A stretch of 64,000 bases of DNA from Spizellomyces punctatus DAOM BR117 (Eukaryota): NCBI GenBank assembly GCA_000182565.2, contig KQ257450.1, one strand, 5' to 3'. A model generated the notes under the pieces. The model was not told the DNA's origin and ran no database searches. It saw nothing but the letters and a program-made list of their open reading frames with translations. Below, in pieces: positions 11,579-25,736 of this stretch. A program made the translations under genes and the position numbers. Positions within the stretch are counted from its first letter, which is position 1; each line of letters begins with the position of its first letter.

Positions 11579-12811
11579 GTGGAATTGGTATATAGGAATA
11601 GGTGAGAGAGACAGAGAGCGAGTTGGCCAAGTGGGCGAGAGCAAAGAGAGGAACGGTTTATATCCAAAAAAAAAGAGAAAAACTCAGCCATGCGGATAAA
11701 GGGAAGAGTTGTCTCATGCGCCCCGAACCCTACCATCGCGGGGAAATTGGAATAGCGCGACAACATATTTGGACTTTTGACGGCTGTCACTTGCGTTCTG
11801 AGAAAGCAAATATCATTTTGCCGTCGAAATGTATGTGGTTGGATGGAAGCAGCCCCCAAAGAGGTGAATCTACCATCTCTTCTCACCCGCTGCCTTAGTG
11901 TCAAAAACCCGTTCGCCTAAACAGAACGTGGAATATATCAAAGTGTGGAAGCATTCGATGGCATCAGGCAAATGGTACTAGACGGTATACGAGCACAGCT
12001 TCTACCGCGTAAACTTCAATCGCAAAATCAGAAGACAAGGAAGGTCCTGGAACAGTGCACCTATCCAATGCCGTTAATAATGGTCGGTGTCTCTTGCCCA
12101 TTGTAAGAATCTTTTATGGATAAACAAACATGGCCTTTCACATCGGCCATACTTTATCACATGACAGGTGTCTTAATAGATGCAACTACCGGTATGCAAT
12201 TGCATGTATTGACACACGCTCTGCCGAAAGGCTTGACGTTATGTCAAATTAGCACCATGCTTCACAGTGCAGAACAGGGCAGTCAGGTGCTTCCTGGATG
12301 CTCGTGGGTTAGCTCCTCAAATAATCCTGGCAGGGCGCAGGATGATACCCCATTCAGCAGGGTGGGCAGGGGGTAGGCAAGTTCTAACCCCATCGCACTA
12401 CTGTTGCAGTACTGACAATACACAAAGTAAATACGGTAAATTGCTGCCAGAATTGATGTGTCTGTCATTAACCACGGCCAACACTCTTGCAAAGATTCCA
12501 GGGTTGTGGTCCATGCTTACAAATGGATTACCAAATGGACGGGCAAATAGGTCCGCATATAGATACCCTGATTTTAAACTATGCTTATTATTATTATTTA
12601 TATTTATACTGAATACCCTTCCCTTCAATTCGTGGCATCAATTTACCCAGGATGCGAATATTCGTTGATACCTCGGAATATCGGAGTGCAAATTTAACCC
12701 TGGCGATAAATATTCTTTGATATCTCAAGAGGAATACAATTGCCTGTGCACTAGGAGGCTGCCCTCTTTCTCTATTCTCCTGATTAAGGTGATCCTCTGA
12801 CAATCGTCAAG

Positions 12812-15800
12812 ATGTCACCGATCTACATCATCCTTGTCCTTGTCGCCACTGTGCTGGCCGACGATCCTTGGCCTTCTTGGCCTACCCCATACCCCATGTA
12901 TCAAGGATTGGCGGCCGATGGCACTATATTTCCAAACCCCCCAAATACGAGCACTCCCTTTTTCGTCCCGTACAATGGATCCTGGTCAGCTCCAACTCGC
13001 TCGTTCCCGCTTCCTGCGGTAGGTCCCGCCAGTGATGCCCGGAAGGCGCTTAACAAATCCATCACCCTCCGTGTGGGTGTCTCCGTATATGGGAGCGTTT
13101 GTACACCTGACCTCGACTTTTATTCGCCGCCCGACTGTGATGTACTGACTGAAACGCGAACGGCGACATTGCTGGCCCAAGAAGAGATCAATGCAAATCC
13201 ATTGATTCTGCCGGACGCCAAACTTGAGGTGGTTTTCCTCGGTAAGTACTACAGTTGAGAATAGATGTAAGAGACTCGCTTCTGGGGGTTGTGATGTTTG
13301 CTAAAGAGTCTGTGCCCTGTTTTATTCGTCTCCATCCAGACAATGACTTTCCTGACTTGACAATCCGCTCAACCGTAACGGGCTTTACGGTGGCAAACCC
13401 ACCTTTATCCTTGATGCTGGGATCAAGTCTAGATTCCGACACGATGGTAACAGCTGCATATACCAGCGCCTTCAGCGTAAGTGCAAGCAGCGGGATCCGG
13501 CAAGATAGAGTGCGTTCTAACCTTGGTCTGTCAAATAGTTCCCTCAAATTGGCGTTAGATCGGACTCACCCGTATTCACAGCATATCATGACAACTACAA
13601 GGTGATATTCGCTAGCGCTTTCTGGTCAAATCCTCCCATGCTCTGGACCTGCGCTAATATTTACATCGCTCCATTTAGTATTTTTGGCGCCCCTCCAGTG
13701 GAGGACAGCGTTACGTCAACATGGCTTTGATTGCACAATCCTTTAACTGGAAACAGGTGGGCATCATCGGCGGACAAGATCAGTATTCGACCACGGGTAA
13801 GCTCCATTAATTTGCACTGTGAGCCACTCTTTAATACCTTGGCTTCCAATCATTTCTCATCTGCCGCGGTTTTATTTTACATACAGCTGCCCAACAGCTT
13901 TCGGATGCATGTCATGAAATGGGAATCACAGTCATATCGCAGCTTGCCTTCAAATGGAGTGTGTCAAAAAGGGATCCCACCGCCTGTTATTGTTTAAACT
14001 GTAATACTATGAACCCGGACTGGAATGCGATCAACATGACGACATGCAAGAGAGAGCTTTCTTCAGGATTTGCTCAATTGAAGGGAACGGATCTTCGAGT
14101 GTTTTATGTGCTCATGGGAGGCGAGTACCTGATAGATCCCCTTCTGCTTTATTTTACTGCAAGGTAAAGCCAAGTTCCATTGCATTTAATACTGCGTCTA
14201 GAAATAGTGGCAAAAACAGTGTTGTTAATCGCTTCTTCCCACGTCTACAGCGAATTCGGTTTGGTGGGCGAAGATTATGTCTGGATTACAAACTTGGTAA
14301 AAGAAATGGGTCTTTTCGTTGAACGGTTTTATCGCACGGTGATTTTTGATTTAACCTTTTTTTGTTTATTATTCATCCCACAGCCCGTCAATAACTATCC
14401 TGATCGTTATATGGTCACAAATTTTGGTAAAGACTACCTCCCAAAGTTACGAGGACTGCTGGTACCAGACGATGCACCGACCATGAACGATGAAACCAAT
14501 CCAACAGAAGCGCTACAGCACCTTTTGGGTATATGGCCATCATTCGTTGCGCAGAATTTAGAACGGTAGGAATCTTGTAGTTGGGGGTATGGTCAACGTT
14601 TTTGCGGAGAATGGTGCTTGACTCGTATCTGTGTTCTCTAGCGTTCAGACCAGTGGCTCCATAGGGGATTTCAACGTGCCGTCTCTCCGTATTAGGTACG
14701 TAAATTCTGCATTGGTTACAAGGATGATCAGCTAGTTTGCCAATATTGACAGAATTCTATCCTTTCTAGAGATTACTATGACATTATGTATTATTGTACG
14801 TTGATGCTGGGAGCTCGCAATATTTTTTGTTCTGAACAATGTATATTTTCTCCAGTTGCCAATGCCGTCGATCTAATCCTCAACAGCCAAAACCTTACAA
14901 TGAACGACTGGTATTCCGAGAAGCTTTACAAGCAGCTTACGATAGATGTCTGGAATTCTACTGGATACATTTCGACTACTGGACAGTACATTTTGACAGA
15001 AAATGGCGATAGAGTAATGTAAGTGGGGTTTTGGCGTTCGGTTTCTTGTTCACGGTATGTGCAACGTTTACTCACATATGCATTTTTCTTTTGTTGTCAG
15101 TCCGAGCTTTGTTTACCAAATGGATGGAATTAATTGGGACACATCGCCCGCTATTGCTGCAATTGTTGAAAACACTCTAAAGTTCGAGGGCCATTCCGGA
15201 GCTACATGGTAAAGAAAACCAGTTCCATTACGACTGTAATATGTACTGGCCTTTGTCGCATGCTAAAAGTTTTCTTGCCGCCCTCTTTTGTATCTGATCA
15301 GGTTTGGCAGTCGGTTGACCGTCCCTCCCGACCATCCTATCCTGCACCTACAACAAGTTTCCGTCCACGATGGTCTCGGTGCAACGTTCACAGCCTTATA
15401 CACAGCAGCCATAGCGGTCTGTACGGCAAGTCTTGTCACCATTGTTGTACTGCGAAAGGATAAACGCATGACAAAACGTAGCCCTGTGTTCATTGTCAAT
15501 ATCCTGGTGAGAAAATCCATTCTGTTCGTGATACTTTGTCCCGATCATCTACGATTTTTATCTAATATTGTGGGGTATCTTATAGTTGGGATTAATATGT
15601 GTCTTGGCGACTATATACCCGAATGTCTTTGGTACAACGCCTCAGACATGTGCGATTGAGCGATGGACTCAAGGCATAGGATTTGCGGTGGTCATGGTAC
15701 GTTTGCCGCGCAATTTATTAAACTGATTTGATGGGCAAAAGGTCATGAACGATTGATGCGCTTCTTCTTTTACAGGGAAATGTTGCAGCAAAGGCATACC

Positions 15801-17116
15801 GTATTTGGCGGATTTTTGGTACGAATTTTGTGAATGTTTACTTACCACCACCAACTTTTGACTCATTCCACTCACTAAACCTTAGACAATGCTAAAATGA
15901 AGACCGTCAGTATACCCAATAGCGAGCTGATGAGATTTAGCGGGATTATAATGCTCATCGAAATCGTGAGTATCTCGAGTCCGCGGGAAATAATCACAAG
16001 TGTAAAGGTCTAATTCTACTTTGGGACAGATTCTGTTGGGCATTTGGACTGGCGTGGACTTTCCAGTCGTTCTTATGGAGCAAAGTGGAACAAAGTATAG
16101 ATTCGTATGTGGAGCGCGAAACGAAACGGTCAGCACGGTTCTTACTGCCATTGTCTATGCGTGCAACGCGCTTTTGCTGTTTGGAAATGCGTTTTTGGCT
16201 TGGAAGACCCGGAATGTGGCGACAGACTATGGGGAAGCAAAGCATATTGCGTATACAGTGTAAGGACAGGTTCCAAAGCCTTACCGCGGGTGTGGGGTAA
16301 CACTCACAGCATACCCTCTTTTTGATGATCTCGCAGATATAACGTTGTGGTGATATGTCTCATAGTGGTCCCTCAAGCCTACCTTAGCACCTCCACATCA
16401 GCTACTCTTGCATTCGCAGTGCGATTCTCTCTGTCGCTGGTCGCAATCGTCATAGCATGGGCCTTACTAGTCGGCAGCCATCTTTATATGATCTTTGTTC
16501 CACCTAGCGGAGACCATTTGAACATGAACATTTCCAGCATTGGACGGGCGCCCTTTAATAGTTTGACGAATACAACCGTGACGAGCCTGGCGGATGCATC
16601 TACAGTCAAGGTTTGTTTGGATTCAAAAAAAAAAAAAGATTGGAGTTAAATAGTTTGCAAGAGTATTGACGTGGATGCATTTTTCATTTTTAGTACCTCG
16701 TCGGGGACTTTTCCTTTCGCGATGATTCAAAGTTCTTTAGTGTGTGGAAAAGTTGTCAGCTGCACATTATTGGTGCCTCGCGGTGTTCACTCATGATTCG
16801 ATACTTGTCACAAAATAAGGTATGTAGATGCAGAACGGGGTTTTCCAACAAACTCTTGCACTCATTACATTGCTCTTTTTGTTGGCACTTTTGGTAGACA
16901 CCCGTCCACAATGTTATCGAACTTGCCGACGTAATGGCCGTGGAAAGAAGTAAAGCTGAAGAGGACGAACTAGACACCTTTACCATTCAAACCAAGTCTT
17001 CGAGATTGACTTTCCAGGCCAAAGATGTCAAGGAAGCCAGTTCGTGGGTAGTTATCTTAAAGGCGTTAGTAGAGTCAAAAACACCTGGAAGTAGCGCCGC
17101 TGCAAGCGCAACTTGA
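12812..17116 (+). CDS. Class C (GABA-B/mGluR-like) GPCR: signal peptide, Venus-flytrap/ANF-receptor ectodomain, 7TM_3, C-terminal PH-like domain; multi-exon
   Basis: Signal peptide MSPIYIILVLVATVLA; LAQEEINANPLILPD; GLVGEDYVWIT; KRSPVF; KAYRIWRIF; LLLFGNAFLAWKTRNVATDYGEAKHIAYTV; terminal FTIQTKSSRLTFQAKDVKEASSWVVIL. Confidence 0.85.
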
Positions 17117-19191
17117 TTGATTTTTGGATCTGGGATCGATCTCGACTGTTTCAAGGGCATTTGGAGATTAAGTTTTAATTAGAACTGAATTAAACCTGCT
17201 TCAACACAACATGTCATCAACATGCAGTATAGAAACATAGCTCGTCCCTTCCGTCAGCAGCTTCCGTTGAACTACGAGGTTACGAAAAGTCGTTGCTACT
17301 TCTTTGGTATACCCTGGGGATAGTGCACACGTGGGTTCCATAATCGAAAGGTCGACAACACCATCCTTACGTAGGAAAGCTTGGTAAACCAGCTTAAATT
17401 AAATTTTACCTCATACCTTACTTTACGTTAAGGTTGAATATCCAGATCGCATAGTTACGCGTCAACATCAGGGCATTATAAATTTTCTCGTCATGATTGA
17501 CTGGTAACGATATTCCTTTGGGATACCTAGTGCATATACACATCGAGACTATTTTCTCGAGTTAACATGAACGTTTCCCTATCGTCAATATAATCTCCAT
17601 TGCCCTTAATTCGATCTTTGGTGTTCTCTCAGGAACATATGCAATATTACATAAAAAATGTGTTGTTTTCACCTTCACCATTGAGGTGACTTACTAGTAC
17701 TTTGCGAAACACTTGACGTGTACATACCATGCAGCCCTCCGTAGCGACAATACCAGTCACACGGGAGTGACAGATTAGGTTTGATGATATATTTCCTACT
17801 TACCTATCGACCTTGAAAACAGATATCCATGACACATAAAGAGGTAATCACTCATTCTTTGCTCTCGACAAGGGTACATGGTTTGGGTACACCTATGCTT
17901 TTGATATTTTTCGCTGGGTTAGTACTCGCTTCAACTGACATGTCTGTCATCGTTGTCCTTTCCAAGACATTTAGGTAACTTACCGCAAAGCTAGACAATT
18001 TAAAATGCTGTAAGCTATGAGAGTATGTGAGTGTGGTGATAGCATGCAAGGTAAGTAACCTGCTGGGATCGTCAGAGGAAGCACCTTTTGCAACTAGTCG
18101 CGCAAGATATTACACTTGCTCATTTTGGTTCCGGGTACATAATTACGATAAACATACGTAACATATTTTAAAAGTCAAAAACGCCAGAGAATCGATACAT
18201 CATGGGTGAATCAAAGTACACAGAGACTCATCATAACGACCAAACAAGGAACGTTGCTTACATGTTTTTGCATCTCGCCATTCTTGCCTTACGAACCTGG
18301 GTGATAGGGTTCTCTGTTTCATTCCCCAAAAGTATCGTTTTCAGCCTTGTTGATAATGAAATTTCGATGCATTATCAATGACAGTCAACAATCTCCTCGT
18401 TACCTTTAACGACACTTTCGACATAGGGTATCAAAAACTGACATCTCGTACACCAAAAGTAAAAAAGCCAAGCAAAATTGTATGGATATTTAGACTCCAA
18501 TAAAAAGAACAACCAAGTTTCGAGTGGACTTGATTATAATGAATAGAAACATGTTTTTAATACTCTGCATTTGGGAGTTTGTTGGATTATTTCAAACATC
18601 AAAATACTGGGCAGCGAGAGAATGAGGGGGGTTTTTCCAAAACTGATAAAATATCTACATAAAAAATGGGCAGATGTGCATGGGGTACGACTTTCATTTT
18701 TTTATAGCTACACTGATTTTCCAGGTCTCATACGATTGAATGAGATTTTTCCATTTTATAAACCTCTGTCAGTGAGTCCCCCACAAAGAAAAACGATAAG
18801 ATTTCGATACAATAAGCTGCACCATTTCTGTATGTACGCAACAAAAAAGTACAGGTTCAACCAAATTGTAGTTTCGTGCATTTTGCATGGACGATTTAAA
18901 TGAGAGTAAAATATAATATGTATATACACAATCGATAAACTCTATAAACAAGAGTCTTTTGGTGAGGTTAAATAAATAAAAAACGAAACGTCTACCAAAA
19001 AGACAATGTTTTCGTCAACTTTTCAAAACAACATGGTTTTCATAGTTCTACATTGTACATTGTCCAAACCAAAAATCTTGCTTTTCCCAAAATGTACTTG
19101 TAGGCCATTACAAAGTCTATAGCCATCGTATACAAAAACCTTTATTCAACACGCCACCCCAAAGAAAAACCTCCATCATCAAACCCGCTTC

Positions 19192-22100
19192 TCAAACCTG
19201 CCCCTTGGCAAACCCAATAAAAACCTGCTCAAGCAAACACTGACAAAACACATACTCCCCAACCGACTCCAAAACCTTGAAGACTTCACCAAGGGATTTA
19301 TTCTCCACATCCATTTTCGGAACCGAGTATCGATACATGGTTCCAAATGACTCCACCAATGTCGCATTGGGAAAAATGTGGGATAGGACGGGAGGTGAAT
19401 TGGATGTGATTTCGAGGTGGTAGCCGGATGAGAATCGGGTTTTGAGGTGTTGGGGTGTGCCGATACATACTAGGCGACCAGAGATTTGGATGGCGATGCG
19501 GGTGGAGAGGGCTTCAGCTTCTTCCATAGAATCTATTTTTCAAAAAAATCAAAACTTGTTAATACGCAAAAAATAAAACATAACAAACACACCAGCAAAA
19601 AACTTACGAGTAGTCAAAACTGTCGCTCGATGTCCACTCTTGAGTACACCCCACAATAACCTCTTTGAAGCCGGATCCATACCCGTACTCGGTTCATCCA
19701 AAAACAAGGCAGAAGGATCCCCAACAATCGAAACCGCCAGACTCAATTTACGTTTATTCCCCCCCGAGAGTTGTCCGGCGGGTTTTGACAAGTATTCAGT
19801 TAAGCCTAGTGCGCGTGTTAGGTGGTCGATACGGGTTGGTATGGCGGTGGGTGTTAGGCCTTTGAGTGTTGCGTAGTAGGCAAGGTGTTCGGATACCGTA
19901 ATATGGGGCCATAAAGCGTCAAATTGGGGACAATATCCCACGTGGTGGAATGGGGTTGTTGAAGTGTATATGGAGGTGTGGTGAATGTATACGGTGCCGT
20001 GGGTGGGAGGTATCGCTCCAATGGCGATGGCCAAGGTGGTTGTTTTACCGGCGCCGTTGGGACCTAGGAGGGTAAAGAGGTGGCCTTTGGGTACACCCCA
20101 AGATGTCCATTCCACAGCCGTTTTGTCGTGATAGGTTTTGCGAATGTCGTGGAGGATGATTTCGTCTGTTGTAGATGGTGACTCAATATCGGATGAATGG
20201 GGGAGACAATTGACTTGGTCATCTACACGACGTCGTTCGGCAATGACGTCCACGTCGTCTCGCTCATTGGGATCCATGGAATCATGGCGTTGGGATTCGA
20301 GGGAGCGTTTAAGGGTGGGATCCCACGGTGCAACATTTCGAACTCGAGTCCTCCAGAAATCCAATACGTAAATCCCACAAGCAGCCACACCCAACTGCAC
20401 AAACGCAATCAAAACAGTCGGAAACATGTTTTTATCAAACCCAAAATAATCCGATACGGTCAATGCAGGTGCACCCGGTAAACTATTATGAATCAGCGCT
20501 TCCATGTTGGTATAGTAGAGGACACCTGCGATAGGGTAATACGGATCCAGGACCGCAAAGATATAGTGGCATATTTTGGCTGCAGAGCGAGAAACGAGGA
20601 CGTCGAGGAGGGAAACGAGAATGTAGGGAAAGAGGGTAAAGAGGGAGAGACCGCTGCCGAGAACTGTGCGCGCCGTGTCTTGGGTTTTGAAAAATAGGGA
20701 TAGAAAGTAACTAAAGAGGAGGGCGGAGGGGAGGGCGATGATGAGGGAGATGAAAACAATGGGAAAGGCCGCCCCCGTGAAAGCTGTCAAAGGAATCGCC
20801 CAGATACAGATAATGATAATCACTACCAAAAAGAAATAAAAATATTAAACAATCCGCTACGGACAGCAACAAGAAAGAAAAAAAAAAACACGTTTTGATA
20901 CTCACCAGGCAAAACCATAAACAAACTCAAATCACACAAAAAAGCAGCCCCCCAATAAACCCCCCTCGTCAACCCCATCACATGCCCCAAATACACAATC
21001 TTTGCTTCCCGTTCCCCAACAATCGCAATTCCATTCGCACCAGCCGGCATCCCCAACGCCAAGGCAATCAGTAAAATCGATACATACGATCTCGAATCCC
21101 ATGGGACGCGGGATAAATTCGGGAGGGGTTTAATGGAGGTTGTGATACGTGTTGAGGTCGTTTGGGATAGGATGGCGTTGGAGAGGGTGTGGGCTGTGGA
21201 GGGGAGGGTGGTGGAGGGGGTGGAGGTGTTGTAGTAGAGGGTGGGGAACAAAGTGGTCGAAAAGGAGGAAAGCGCGAATCCGCCTTGGTGGGGAGGGTTA
21301 GCAAGAACCCAGTCTTGCCAATCACCAGAAACGGTTTGGACAGGTGGAGAGATACTAGATGCAATCACATTGGCGTTGCTTGCGTTTCCACTTGGATCAA
21401 AAAAGAGGGTAGGTGTGTCGAGGGTTGTGGGGGTTGTCCCAGAAACGGTACTCGTCATGTCCCCACTGGGAGCAATGAGGAGACCCGCGAGGAGCATGGC
21501 GATGGGGATGATGATGGCGTAGATGAGGGCCCGGATTTCGCGAAAGTAGAGTTTGTAGCGGATGTGGAGGGTCGCGGTAAAGAGGGCGCGAAAGGTGACG
21601 GGTTGTTTATCAGTTTCTAAACAAGAAAAAAAAAAGAATTAAATACGTGATTTATAGATTTCTCAAATGGATTTTCGTCTTTTGTTTTTTACCTTGAAGA
21701 TCCGGTAATGGACCTCCAACATGCCGTTCATCCATGACCGCCTCTTCCTCCGCCCTCCGCTCCATCTCCTCCATTTCAGCACTCTTTAAAAAAACCTGCT
21801 CAAGCGTCGGCATACTCACGCCATACGACTCGATCCCCACCGTCGGTGCAACCCGATCCAAATCGTTAAAAAAGGCCGGAAACGACTTTGTACGATTCGA
21901 CGGGATTTCCCATTGACTGTTTGTTGTCTCGTTCACGTCGGGGGGGTACGTAATGGGTGCATCGGCCAGGTGGGTTTGGAGGAGCTCGCGGACAGCAAGA
22001 CGAACAGGTTTAGTAGCCGGTGCCGAATGGGCGATATCGAGGTGATACCCGATGCCAAACCGTTTCTTTAAAAAGAGGGATGTACCCAAGCATTGGAGTC

Positions 22101-25100
22101 GACCACGGGAGAGAATGGCTTTTCGGTCTGCGAGAATGTCGGCTTCGTCCATAAAATGGGTTGAGAGAAGGGTGCAGCGGGTATGTTTGGACGAGGAAAG
22201 GAGGTCCCAGATTTTGCGGCTAAAAATCGGTTCAACTCTTTTAAAAGTGTGTTCATTTGTTGGCAACCAGTTTTCGAGTTTTTACGTTACCGCGAATAGG
22301 GATCCATCCCCGAGGTCGGTTCATCCAATAACAAAATCTTTGGACGTCCAATCAATGCAATCCCAACGCTCAATTTCCGTTTTTGACCTTACGTATTTCA
22401 GTGTTATAATACTCGTCATTCAGCAAGAAAACAGCACGTCAACATACCTCCACTCAATTCTTTGGCTCTCGCCGTCTTTTTGTCCACCAAGTCCACGTCA
22501 GAGAGGACTTGATCGATGCGCGTATCAACATTCTCGTCAGTCGTAACGCCCACGCCCTTTAATCCAGCAAAGATGCGTAAATGCTCTTCAACGGTCAGCT
22601 CATCATAGAGAATATCGTGCTGGGGGCATACACCTAATCCAAAAAAGAGTGAGCGGTATTTGATGAGTAAAACTTGGAGCGGACGAACAAATGTGCGGAA
22701 CAGCTTACCCATCATTTGACGAATTTGACGCATGTCGGTTTGAATGTCGTGGTTGTAGATGAGAGCTGTTCCGCTGGTGGGCGGGTATAGACCGCACAGC
22801 ATGTGAATTGTGGTGGATTTCCCAGCACCATTGTGTCTAAATATCGGGCACATGAGCATACAAGCCGAGCACACAAGCCAACATTGACCGTAGAAAGGAA
22901 AGAAGCTACAAACCCCAATAATCCAAAGACCTCTCCTTCAAAGATCCCCAAACTCAGACCTCGAACAGCGACTTTTTCCTTATTGGTCCCCTTTTTGACA
23001 CCCGGATGATATACTTTGCGCAAATTGCGTATCTCAATAGCCTTGAACGCTCCATGCGGTTCAGGTTCCACATCTTGTTCGTCCGTATCATCAGGATTCT
23101 CCTCGGCATGCATGACGACGCCCATACTAGATGCTCGGGAAGCCATGACAGAGTACCGGTGCGGCCGGACGAGGGCAACAAATGGAAAGTACCACGGTTT
23201 ACGGATGCCGTATTCGGAGGGTATCACGGCGTCTAGGTAGAGTGCCAGTAAAAAGTAGAATGGGACGGCGAGGGCAAGGCCGAGAACGTAGTAGTTGGCG
23301 CCGGAAGACGAGAGGTTGCTGAATTGGAGGCCTGTGCCAGAGGTTTCAAGCCCGACCGTCTTGTCCATGGTCAATGAGAGCGCCATGGGACTCAGGAGCA
23401 TGGACAGCAAGACACTTGGCCCAGCCGACAGATTAGCGCCCTGTGTTTTTGAAAAGATATTTAGTATAAAAAAACACACGTTGTGTAAAACAAAGAATGG
23501 ACATACGCGAATGGGGATAAAGAGCACGCCGGGGACAATGGACAAAAAGGGGCCGACCACGGTAGCCATTTTGGCTTTTGAGAAAAAGGTGGTCAGAGCG
23601 AATGCCAATGCGACGAGGGAGAGGGTGTAGAGGTAATAAATGATGACGAGGAGCAAAAAATTGGATTGCGGAAGAATGGATGCAAAGTGAATGACCACCT
23701 AAAAGTTTCGAATGAGACACACGGGAGAGAGAGAGTAAGAATAAACACGATTTTAGCTTACCGTGATGAGGAGAACAACGACCAAGAGCGTTCCAGCATA
23801 TGAGACGGCCCACGACAACCAAAACGCAACTGGATGCAACCCCATCATCAGCATGCCCTCTTTAATCTTTTTCTCCTTTTCCGTGACCAGATTAAACAGC
23901 AAGGATGTTAGGAAGGGGGAAAAGGCAATAGTAATGTAAATGGCGGTCTGAGTTGCGCCGCCGTCCGACTGACTGGAAGGGGAGAGGTTGGCAGCTGGGA
24001 GTGGCATTTGCAGCGTGTATGGGCGAATGGTAATGGGGGATCCCGAGATGCGGTGAATGATGGCGCTGTCGACGGCGGCTTGGAGGGTGAGGAGCCCGCT
24101 GGTCAAGTACTTGTCGGTAGCGCATCCCGAGCGATCGCTGGCAGTGGAGCGGCACTGGATGCGGTCTGGGACAGAGTTTGAAGGGAGGGCAGATGCATTG
24201 TAGCGAATGGCGTAGGATGTGGGCGAGGCAAAAATGAGACCTGCGTAGAGGGCTGTGGGGTTTCTAGCGTAAAAGTCTTCTAGGGCCGATTCCGATGCAA
24301 AGGATTGTGTCGTAACGTTGCCTACCAGAACAATAAAAAGAGGGAGGTGTCAATATAGTGTTTACAATGGTGATGATGATGGTGACAAGGAGCAGGAAGA
24401 GAATGAGATGGTCTATCCAAGGAGCAGGAAGAGAACGAGCGCATCCAACGAGCATGCTCCTTGACGAGCGGAGCGAGTCATGGCCCTATCTCAAACCCCA
24501 ACTTGGACCGACACAAGCCGAATCCAACACGGGAGGAGAATGCGATGGCCAATCCAAAGAGCATGCTCCATGACGAGCGGAGCGAGTCATGGCCCTATCT
24601 CAAACCCCAACTTGGACCGACACAAGCCGAATCCAACACGGGAGGAGAATGCGATGGCCAATCCAAAGAGCATGCTCCATGACGAGCGGAGCGAGTCATG
24701 GCCCTATCTCAAACCCCAACCCGAACCCAACACGAACACGAACCCAACTTTAGCCATACCCTAACGAACACGAACACGAACTCTAACCCAACCAAACCCT
24801 AACGAACCCAACCTCAACCCAACCTTAAAACGAACCCTAAACCCCAACCCAATCCCAACTCTAACGAACACGAACCCTAACGAACCCTAACCTGAACCTA
24901 AAGACTCACCAAAATTTGACAAAATGCCTTGAATCTCTCCCACAATGGCATCGAACGGAGACCCTTCTGGAGCATAACCGAGGATGGATCCTAATCCATT
25001 CTGACCCAGAGACAAGCCTGCCTCTAATCTCGGGAATCCTCTCACCTCTCCATAATACTGAGGCTTGCTCAATCCATTAATGGCAATGAGGGGAAGGATA

Positions 25101-25273
25101 AATACGAGAGGAAAAAAGATTTCCGCAAAGACTTGACGCTTGTTTCTCCTTCTGAGCCATTGATTTCTGCGAACGAGGACGCGTAGTTGAGCCCAGATGG
25201 ATGGAATGGGAATGGAACAAGTAGTAGGAGCAGGTATACGATGCGTTGCTTCTAATGATGATGCCTTGTCCAT
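19192..25273 (-). CDS. ABCA-subfamily full-size ABC transporter; multi-exon
   Basis: N-terminal QLRVLVRRN; two NBDs (HNGAGKST...LSGG...[18 protein letters not shown]...LSGGNKRKL...[10 protein letters not shown]); [20 protein letters not shown] motifs. Confidence 0.92.
24443..24720. repeat. 109-bp near-perfect tandem repeat (~2.5 copies) in ABCA intron 1
   Basis: agcatgctcc(t/a)tgacgagcggagcgagtcatggccctatctcaaaccccaac starts at 24451, 24560 and 24669. Confidence 0.92.
24711..24901. repeat. Degenerate telomere-like hexamer tract (CCCTAA/CCCGAA/CACGAA variants) in ABCA intron 1
   Basis: aaccctaacgaacccaacctcaacccaacc...gaaccctaacgaaccctaacctgaacctaa. Confidence 0.7.
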
Positions 25274-25389
25274 GTTCAATGCGTGGTGATATGATCCGTG
25301 TTTAAAGTGCGATCAGAGACGTGGCCGCTGACAAGTGTGGATAGAAGATGGGGATAATATGTATCTAAAACGTGTGTTGCAATAACTTG

Positions 25390-25397
25390 TATGTATG

Positions 25398-25428
<31 letters not shown>

Positions 25429-25696
25429 GTGGGAATTTATATAAAAATGCATAGTCCCCCATCTACTCATTATAAAATATGAGGCAGTGTGTGTAGCCGT
25501 TAACTAATCCCCCGTGGGAAACACAAATGCCAAGTGAAAGTGCAGCAGTAACTCGTATGTGTGCCAAGTGAGAGAAAGAGAGAAAGAATATACCAAAAAG
25601 AAATACGCGTTTGTGTGAAATGCATGTGATAATCAACACAATTGAAATGGCTACAACCAACAACAACAACAACAACAACAAGCCCTCTCTCTCTCG

Positions 25697-25736
<40 letters not shown>

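Noticed and set aside
24443-24720. Repeat-encoded ORFs on the + strand (24358-24764)
   Set aside because: They are translations of a 109-bp (non-multiple-of-3) intronic tandem repeat.
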